A DNA stretch of 64,000 nt from a virus. Each line of letters opens with the position of its first letter. Positions within the stretch are counted from its first letter, which is position 1. The notes under the pieces are model-generated. The model was not told the origin of the DNA, made no database searches, and saw nothing but the letters and a program-made list of their open reading frames with translations. A program made the translations under genes and the position numbers. The stretch spans positions 64,001 to 128,000 of the IMG/VR virus record IMGVR_UViG_3300045988_176431; one strand, written 5' to 3'. Below, in pieces: positions 49,501 through 56,925 of the stretch.

Positions 49501-50208
49501 ATGAAAAAGACTTTAGTAAAAGTAACTGATTATCTCAATCATTTAAAGAAAGGAGAAATACTAGATAGTGTTCCGAAAATGATTTATGGTCAATTTAAAG
49601 ACTATGACCATGATGCAGATATAGCATTAATAAATGCAAGAGAGTATTACATACATCACTATGGTTTTTCTTTAATCACTAATTCATGGATAGAGCCATT
49701 GGCAAAATTTATTGGTGATGCTAGATGTCTTGAAATTATGGGAGGAACCGGATTTCTTAGTTATGTATTGAGTAAGAAAGGAGTAAATGTTATATGTACT
49801 GATGATTATTCATGGGAAGAATTACCAGATTCAAACGTTGATGGTTGGGTAGGTAATCATTTTTGTGATATAGAAAGGTTAGACGCAGTAAAAGCTGTAG
49901 AAAAATATGGAAAGGAAATTAAGTACTTAATTGTATCATGGGCATATATGGATGATACATTAGTTAGAGTATATAGAAAACTAAAGGAAATAAATCCAGA
50001 ATGCTTAATCATTTACATTGGAGAAAGACAAGGGGGTTGCTGCTCTTGTGATGAATTCTTTGATATTTCTAAGAATTCAATGGATGATATGTATAATTAT
50101 TATGATGATAAAGTATTCAGTAATGAAATTATTGAAATGACAAAAAAGTTAAATGATGGATTTACATCATGGATGTTAGTTGAAGATGTGATATTTTTTG
50201 TAAAGTAA
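49501..50208 (+). CDS. class I SAM-dependent methyltransferase-like protein
   Basis: CLEIMGGTGFLSYVL (motif I, E/DxGxGxG), then VNVICTDD with an acidic end of beta-2. Confidence 0.5.
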   Translation: MKKTLVKVTDYLNHLKKGEILDSVPKMIYGQFKDYDHDADIALINAREYYIHHYGFSLITNSWIEPLAKFIGDARCLEIMGGTGFLSYVLSKKGVNVICTDDYSWEELPDSNVDGWVGNHFCDIERLDAVKAVEKYGKEIKYLIVSWAYMDDTLVRVYRKLKEINPECLIIYIGERQGGCCSCDEFFDISKNSMDDMYNYYDDKVFSNEIIEMTKKLNDGFTSWMLVEDVIFFVK

Positions 50209-50225
50209 AGAAAGGAGATTATATT

Positions 50226-51335
50226 ATGAATCTTAACACAAATCCTGAAAATGCTACTTCTAGTATTAGTGACAATAAACTTCTTAAAGAGCATATTGAT
50301 TCTTTAAAGAAAACTATTGATGATTTGAATTTAAAAATAACATATCCTTTTGAATTCCAAGAATCAATTCGAAAATTCAATGCTGGTGAATCCCGTAAAA
50401 TATTTTCAAAGAATAATTCATCGATGCTGATTGAATCAAATAATTGTCGTGTTGTTTTTCATCTCTATGATGAGAATGTTGGAGTTATTTTGAGATCTGA
50501 TTTATGCTTATACATAAGGATCAATAATGACGATAGTAATGCTAGTGCTTATGAAAAATATATAACAGAAGCTTTTTATGTTTTTAAATCAAGTACGTTG
50601 TGTAATGCAGAATCATTTGTAATGAAAGTAGATAATACTCCATATGAGGAGTATAAAATTATTGGATTTTCATTTTGTGAAAATATATATTATTTAGATA
50701 AAAAACTTTTTTATGAGTTTTTAACATTTGAAAAATCATTATTTGATTTTCCTTATGTATTAAGTGATATTATCGAGCAGGTAGATATATTCGAAAGATT
50801 TGTCAGATCTATTTCTTATGAAAAAAGTCCTGACTATTTACAAAAGATAGGAAAAATACTAAATGTACCATGTGTTAAGTTTGTGAATGATCTTAGAACT
50901 ACTGAAACTATTAAAAAATTACACAAACGTTTTGGATGTATGGTTGATGAATATCTTCCACATTTCAACTCAGAAATTATTAAGAAACCATCAATTATTA
51001 CTGATTCTTCGAATGTAAAAAAATATATTGATGATGTATATTCTGTGATTCATTCAATAGGATATACTGCTGTTGAACTTAAAATTCCGTGTTTAATTTT
51101 TAAACATATTACCAAAGAAATGATTGATCAAATTTACCAGTGTGTTGACGAAGATGCTTCATTAACATATCATACTACTACTCATAAAGGCGAGTTATTT
51201 ATTACTTATGAAAGAATATATCATTCTAAATCTTTAGATAAAGTATGTGCTAGCATTGAAACTGACTTTATAAGAACTGTGAGAGTTTTTCTTGAAAGCC
51301 TGTTATGCACTTTAATAAATAAGGAGGAAGAGTAA
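50226..51335 (+). CDS. hypothetical protein (369 aa)
   Basis: AAAGGAG RBS. Confidence 0.55.
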   Translation: MNLNTNPENATSSISDNKLLKEHIDSLKKTIDDLNLKITYPFEFQESIRKFNAGESRKIFSKNNSSMLIESNNCRVVFHLYDENVGVILRSDLCLYIRINNDDSNASAYEKYITEAFYVFKSSTLCNAESFVMKVDNTPYEEYKIIGFSFCENIYYLDKKLFYEFLTFEKSLFDFPYVLSDIIEQVDIFERFVRSISYEKSPDYLQKIGKILNVPCVKFVNDLRTTETIKKLHKRFGCMVDEYLPHFNSEIIKKPSIITDSSNVKKYIDDVYSVIHSIGYTAVELKIPCLIFKHITKEMIDQIYQCVDEDASLTYHTTTHKGELFITYERIYHSKSLDKVCASIETDFIRTVRVFLESLLCTLINKEEE

Positions 51336-52750
51336 TGAGTAAAGAATTAAAAAATAATATTGAAGAAAGAATCCAACGTAAAATTAGTAGACTTATAGAC
51401 TTACATCATGCGTCACCTGAAATTGCAGTTTATCCTGCAAAAAGTGAATTTCCATATATTGATGGACTTAAAATATCTAAAATTCACTTTAATAAACCAA
51501 AAAAACAAGATTTTATTACAGATGAATCCAATTATTCTATAGAATATTATTATGATGGAGTAACTGGTTCTCTTTCTAACATTAAGATTGGATGTGATGG
51601 ATATTTAGTATTTGATGATATTAAGTTATCAATAATATCATCAGAGTTAATTATAAAGTCATTGATTGATACAAATGAAATTTATAAAGATACTCTTACT
51701 ATGGTATGTGAAGATGGATACACATATATAACACCAAAAAATATTACTGTTGATACTAGTATGTATTATCGTTTTATACATGAAGCAGATGATGAAATTA
51801 TTTGTTCTTTAGATGGAATATTACTCAAACATCTGCAGGCAATGGATGCGTTCTTACATACTTACATTAAGTTAGTCAAAGAAAAACGACGAGAAATTGA
51901 TGAAAACTCTGAATTTAATATCGCGAAACAAATGAGAGAGATGTTTTCAGAATATATTAATATACAGAATATTGATATGAAAACCAGTTTATCAAATGTG
52001 AAAGAGCAATTAAGAAAATCATTATTAGATAAAACTTTACCATCCATAGATGGTAAACCAATCATTATGAGTACGGATGAAGTGACACATGTTTCTCCAT
52101 TATTTATTGAGAGATGGAATGATTTATCAAATAAAGAAGAAACAAAAAATAAGGAGGAAAAGAAAATGATAGTAAATAAAATGTATTACGATGCAATAGC
52201 TGATGATGAAAAACGAATTGAAAAGATTGAAAAAGAGATTGAAACCAATTTAGAAAAATTAAAGGAACTTGGTTTTGCAGAAAAGGTCATTTACTCAAAT
52301 GTAGCACTTCAGGAACCTCTTCATGAAGTTTTGAAATTACAAGAAAAACCAAATAGTGAAGAGAATAAATTTGTGAGTTTTATTCCAAATAGTAATGAAT
52401 ATGAATTATATATACTAGAAGATGGTAATTATACGCTTAATGTAAAACCAAAAGGGTCAATTACTTTTATTGGAATTGACTTAAATAAATTGGAAAAAAT
52501 CTTAACGATTGTAAAAAGAATTAATGATCCTTCTCCAAATATGCGATTGACTGTAGATTATACAAGTTTTACTTGTTCTATTATGCCAGCTCCATATGGT
52601 AAGAAATTAACAGAAAAAGAAACTCTTGATATTTTATTTGGAAGAGCCAAGAAAATCAATCGTGAGATTCAGACTGCAATCTTTGATGTCAACGATCTTC
52701 TCTTAGTTACTAAAAGATTATTAGAGGCAGTGACATCAGAAGAAGAGTAA
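51335..52750 (+). CDS. hypothetical protein (471 aa)
   Basis: ATG overlaps the upstream stop (TAATG). AAGGAGG RBS. Confidence 0.55.
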   Translation: MSKELKNNIEERIQRKISRLIDLHHASPEIAVYPAKSEFPYIDGLKISKIHFNKPKKQDFITDESNYSIEYYYDGVTGSLSNIKIGCDGYLVFDDIKLSIISSELIIKSLIDTNEIYKDTLTMVCEDGYTYITPKNITVDTSMYYRFIHEADDEIICSLDGILLKHLQAMDAFLHTYIKLVKEKRREIDENSEFNIAKQMREMFSEYINIQNIDMKTSLSNVKEQLRKSLLDKTLPSIDGKPIIMSTDEVTHVSPLFIERWNDLSNKEETKNKEEKKMIVNKMYYDAIADDEKRIEKIEKEIETNLEKLKELGFAEKVIYSNVALQEPLHEVLKLQEKPNSEENKFVSFIPNSNEYELYILEDGNYTLNVKPKGSITFIGIDLNKLEKILTIVKRINDPSPNMRLTVDYTSFTCSIMPAPYGKKLTEKETLDILFGRAKKINREIQTAIFDVNDLLLVTKRLLEAVTSEEE

Positions 52751-52853
52751 TTTAAAGTTAATTAAAATGAGATGATTATCATACGTCTTGTGAAGAATAC
52801 TTCAGAATTAAACAGTAAGTTTTCTTTATGTAATATTATTATGAGACTGAAAT

Positions 52854-52902
52854 ATGTGAAGTCAAATATCTATAATTGGATATTTGACTTCACATTATTT
52901 TA
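52854..52902 (+). terminator. hairpin or terminator upstream of the beta'-N gene
   Basis: 17-bp stem ATGTGAAGTCAAATATC / GATATTTGACTTCACAT followed by TATTTT. Confidence 0.55.
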
Positions 52903-52925
52903 AAATTTTATTTAATAAAAGGAGT

Positions 52926-55900
52926 GTGATTTTTGTTTTGGGTAAACAAATTGTAAGAATCAATCGACTCAGTTGGGATATTTTATTTTATGATGATATG
53001 ATAAATGGTGATGGTTTTATCATATCAGAACCTGCTGAAGTAAAAATCGATCGAGAAAGAAAAAAGTCTCTTTATGGTCCACAATCTCCACTCTATGGTA
53101 CAACGTATTCAGATGAGCAGGCATTTATTGAACGTTATCGTTGTGAGTGTGGAAATTTTAAAGGAAGACAATTTGCAGGGGAAGTATGCCCCATTTGTAA
53201 AACAAAAATTGAAAGTAAAGGAAGTAATGTAAAAACAACAGGATGGATTTGTACCGGAAATGCAAGATTTATTAATCCATTCTTTTATCAGCTTCTTGTA
53301 AAAGCGATTGGAAAGAAAATCTTTCCAGATATTATTGATTGTAAACAACGTGTCGATACAGATGGACACCGAAGTCAATATGTACCAGAAGATACAGAAC
53401 CACTTTCTCCTTATTCTGGATTTGGTATTGAAGAATTCATGAACCAATATGAAAATATTCTTACTTATTTTCAGACAGTAAGAAAACAAAAATACGATGA
53501 TCTTCAATATCTAAAAGAGAACAAATCTAAAGTATTTGCTTCTCATATTCCGATTTATACGACAATGTTACGTCCGCAAAGTGTCACAAGTGATACTTTT
53601 TATTTTAATGGTATTGATCGAGAAATCAATCCTCTCTTTAATCTTTCAGAAAGTATTAAAGATTGTAATCCAATTGAGCGTCCATTTATCTTACAAAGAA
53701 TACAAGAGCGTGTAAACAACATCTTTGAATTTAACTTTGATATGATTAATGGTAAAGAAGGATGGATTCGAGGAAAACTATTAGGTGGCTCGTTAGTGCG
53801 TTATAATTTGACGAGCTTTATAAACTCATCTAATTGCGGGGAACTCTCGTTAAGTCTTAACTACTAAACTAAGATGGTAACATACTTAGTGGCAAGGGGT
53901 AACTCCTAAGGTATAGTAAAAAGGTTAAGAATAGAGACAATCGACGCATCGAAGTATCTTAATATTATTATATATTTATAAGAAAGGTGGTGAGATAATG
54001 ACGTCACATATTATAAAATTTAACAACATGGACAGTGATTATGTCATTTATGAAGATTGCACAATTATTAATATAAAAACTAATCATATTATGAAACATC
54101 GAATAAGTAAAAGTACAGGACGAGTGTATGTTCGTTTAACTAATAATAAAAAAAGAAAAGAATATAGATTATCAAGATTAATGGCTACATATTTTGTAGA
54201 AAATCCTGATCCAAAAAATAAAGTTGATGTTCATCATAAAGATAAAAATGTATTAAATAATGTACCAAGTAATTTGCAATGGGTTACAAAAGAAGAACAT
54301 TATTTGATACATAAAGGTGATAAAAATCATCCATTTTCTAGTGGTGAAAATCATAGTGGTGCTATATTAACTAATGATCAAGTACATGAAATATGTAAAT
54401 TGATTCAAGATAACATTATGTCTCAAAATGATATTGCGAGAAAATATAAAGTAATGCCACATGTTATTCATGAGATTCGTTTAAAACATAATTGGAATGA
54501 AATAACAAAATATTACGATTTTTCAAAATATTCGTATGGGAATAATTTTCTAAAAGATGATAAAGTAAAAGAAATTTGTTATCTGATTGAATCAAATAAG
54601 TATACATTGATGGAAATATCAAAAAAATCAAAAGTTACTTATTCTACAATTCTTGATATTTATCATAAAAAACGATATAAAAGACTAAGTGATAATTATG
54701 ATTTTGATAGATTCAATAAGTTAACAAGATATAGCAAAGGACTTAAGAAAAAAATAAATTTTTTAATTAATGAAGGAAAATCAAATAATGAAATTAAAAA
54801 TATATTAAAATTAGATAATTGTGCAAAAACGAATACTCTATTGTGTAGAGAAAGAAAGAAATCAAATCAATAAAAAAATAATATTAAGATATGAGTTCAA
54901 CGACTATCGAAAGTATAGCATAAGAGAAATACTTATGTGAATAAACGAGTAGAGTAGACTAGTATATATTATACTAGGTGCATGAAAATTGATGCTTTAC
55001 GAAACGGTGAGTGTATTATATTTGGTAACAGAATATAATATAATGATATAGTCTAAACTTCTATGGATAACATAGAGAATATTTGAAATTATACGGCTCG
55101 TAACGTAATTATTCCAGATCCATCTTTACATGATGGGGAAATTGATGTATCTTATCATACATTTAGAATCTTATTTAAATATAAGATTATTTATTATATG
55201 ATGAAGATTAACGACATACAGTTATCAAAAGCATATCATAAATGGAAGAATAGTTATAAGTTTAATCAACACATTTATGAAATTATGTTGTACATCTTAA
55301 AGAAAGAAAAACCAAGAATATTAATCAATCGAAATCCGACACTAATAGAAGTTTGGTGTCATTAAACTCTTCTAATTGCGGGGAACTCTCGTTAAGTCTT
55401 AACTACTAAACTAAGATGGTAACATACTTAGTGGCAAAGGGTAACTCCTAAGGTATAGTAAAAATGTTAAGAATAGAGACAATCGACGCAGCGAAGTATC
55501 TTCAATATATAAAAATACTATAGTAATTGAGAGGTGATAAATATTGCCAAAGAAAAGAAAGAAATTAAGTGAATTTCTTTTATCATATTATAAATTAATA
55601 GAAGAAAGTGATGAAAAAGAATTATGGAAAGATATTAATTTAGGAGACTTCCCAATATACCAAATAAGTAATCATGGTAGAGTTCGAAGGAAAGATAGTA
55701 AATTCATAATTAATCCTTTTCATTCTTATCGAAAAGATAATAATGGTAACTTTAGATATGATAGACCAACTTATCTCAGAGTTCAATTATATTATTACAC
55801 TAATGGGGTAAGAATGAAAAAACATATGGAAATAAGTAGGCTTGTTGCAATAAATTTTATACCTATACCAAAAATATATACTGATAAGGGATTAGATGAG

Positions 55901-56762
55901 AATTCTTTAGAAGTAAATCATATAAAAGGTGGTTATGAAATTTACAATAATTTTGTATCAAATTTAGAATTGTGTACAACAAAAGAAAATGTAAAAAAAT
56001 CAATTGAAACAGGTTTGAGACATTCACCGTATGGAGAGAATCATCATAATACATTTTTTACAGAATATGATGTGATGCAAATATGTGAATGTATTGAAAA
56101 AGGTTTTAATGCAAAGTATACTTATTATAATATTGATTTATCTGATAAATCAATAACATATGATCATTTTAAACAAAATTTTTATAGTATAAAATATAAG
56201 AAATCTTGGAAATTTATAAGTCAAAATTATAATTTTTAATTTATTGAAGATATGAGTTCATCGACTAGGGAAAGCTAGACAACCATATTGATAGAAATAT
56301 CTAAAAGGACTCCACATCCTGATGGTTTGATAAGCGAGTAGGTCCAATCATAGGACGAAATGTAGGTGAGTATATATAATATATACAAAAATCCGAAATG
56401 GAGAGCAATGATATATTTGGTAACAGAATATATTAATGAAGATATAGTCAAACTGTATAGAGATATACTAGATTTATTGGAATTTCTATTCATTACTTTT
56501 AATGAAAATAAGAAATGTAAAAAAGGATGATACAGATTTTACATTATCGGTTCCACTTGCGATTTTACCGGGATTAAATGCCGATTTCGATGGAGATGTT
56601 CTTAATATGCTTGGTATGATGAATGAAGAATTCGTGAGAATGTTCAGAAAGTTTGACCCAATTAAGCGAATGATTATTTCAAGAGATACCGGACTTATCA
56701 ATAATTATTTTACAATTGAAAAGTCACAATTGATTGATTTATATCATTTTGCTACAGTATAG
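52926..56762 (+). CDS. multisubunit RNA polymerase beta'-like subunit, N-terminal half with the catalytic NADFDGD loop (exons about 52926-53794, 55086-55343 and 56480-56762)
   Basis: Zn finger RCECGNFKGRQFAGEVCPICKTKIE. Junction GKLLGGS-L-NYTARNVIIPDPSLHDGE equals LLGKRVDYSGRSVIvvGP.L. Junction LINRNPT-L-NFYSLLL...LSVPLAILPGLNADFDGDVLNM equals LLNRAPTLHR...NADFDGDQM. The track start TTG 52884 lies inside the hairpin; GTG 52926 or TTG 52938 follow AAAAGGAG. Confidence 0.8.
53795..55085 (+). mobile_element. group I intron 11 (1291 nt, carries an HNH endonuclease ORF)
   Basis: P1 is GCTCGTT paired with GACGAGC (7 bp, terminal U-G), giving phase 2. The only compatible 3' splice site is after G55085, because TGA lies in frame just upstream. 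Confidence 0.85.
53998..54873 (+). CDS. intron-encoded HNH homing endonuclease, I-HmuI-like
   Basis: SRLMATYFVENPDPKNKVDVHHKDKNVLNNVPSNLQWVTKEEH, plus HTH repeats (IARKYKVMPHVIHEIRLKHNW and ISKKSKVTYSTILDIYHKKRY). AAAGGTGGTG RBS. Confidence 0.75.
   Translation: MTSHIIKFNNMDSDYVIYEDCTIINIKTNHIMKHRISKSTGRVYVRLTNNKKRKEYRLSRLMATYFVENPDPKNKVDVHHKDKNVLNNVPSNLQWVTKEEHYLIHKGDKNHPFSSGENHSGAILTNDQVHEICKLIQDNIMSQNDIARKYKVMPHVIHEIRLKHNWNEITKYYDFSKYSYGNNFLKDDKVKEICYLIESNKYTLMEISKKSKVTYSTILDIYHKKRYKRLSDNYDFDRFNKLTRYSKGLKKKINFLINEGKSNNEIKNILKLDNCAKTNTLLCRERKKSNQ
55344..56479 (+). mobile_element. group I intron 12 (1136 nt, carries an HNH endonuclease ORF, type-B 3' half)
   Basis: P1 is GACACT paired with GGTGTC, giving phase 2. 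The 3' splice site after G56479 is the best stop-free solution. The alternative after G56512 would delete 11 aa. Confidence 0.75.
55544..56239 (+). CDS. intron-encoded HNH homing endonuclease, I-HmuI-like (shorter)
   Basis: YQISNHGRVRR (NUMOD4-like) and SRLVAINFIPIP...EVNHIKGGYEIYNNFVSNLELCTTKENV. TTG start 7 nt after GAGAGGTG. Confidence 0.7.
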   Translation: MPKKRKKLSEFLLSYYKLIEESDEKELWKDINLGDFPIYQISNHGRVRRKDSKFIINPFHSYRKDNNGNFRYDRPTYLRVQLYYYTNGVRMKKHMEISRLVAINFIPIPKIYTDKGLDENSLEVNHIKGGYEIYNNFVSNLELCTTKENVKKSIETGLRHSPYGENHHNTFFTEYDVMQICECIEKGFNAKYTYYNIDLSDKSITYDHFKQNFYSIKYKKSWKFISQNYNF

Positions 56763-56784
56763 AAACTATATCAGTAATTTCCTT

Positions 56785-56794
56785 TATATATTAT
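56785..56794 (+). promoter_or_regulatory. TATATATTAT motif, copy h
   Basis: Exact 10-mer lying in the loop of a long hairpin (ATATCAGTAATTTCC ... GGAGGTTACTGATAT). Confidence 0.3.
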
Positions 56795-56869
56795 CTTTTA
56801 GAATAATTATATGAAAGGAGGTTACTGATATATTCATTACATAAAGATTCACATAGCATTTAGTAATGT

Positions 56870-56925
56870 ATAATAATGAAGAAGAAAGGATGAATTAATA
56901 TGAGTAAGAAATATGAATTGACAGA
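56870..56925 (+). repeat. 56-nt exact direct repeat, copy 1 (RBS plus the first codons of the beta-helix paralog)
   Basis: ATAATAATGAAGAAGAAAGGATGAATTAATATGAGTAAGAAATATGAATTGACAGA is identical at 57891-57946. Confidence 0.8.

Noticed and set aside
3229-56479. The 12 dispersed repeats of about 130 + 130 nt as a CRISPR array, IS or MITE family, or rRNA/tRNA fragments
   Set aside because: There is no regular short repeat-spacer periodicity, no terminal inverted repeats and no transposase. The repeats contain the group I P/Q/R/S core, lie inside genes, and their removal restores colinear protein homology.
56502-56762. Track ORF 56502-56762 as a stand-alone 86-aa gene
   Set aside because: It carries NADFDGD and continues the beta' exon frame, which is open from 56472. 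It is the last exon (from about 56480).
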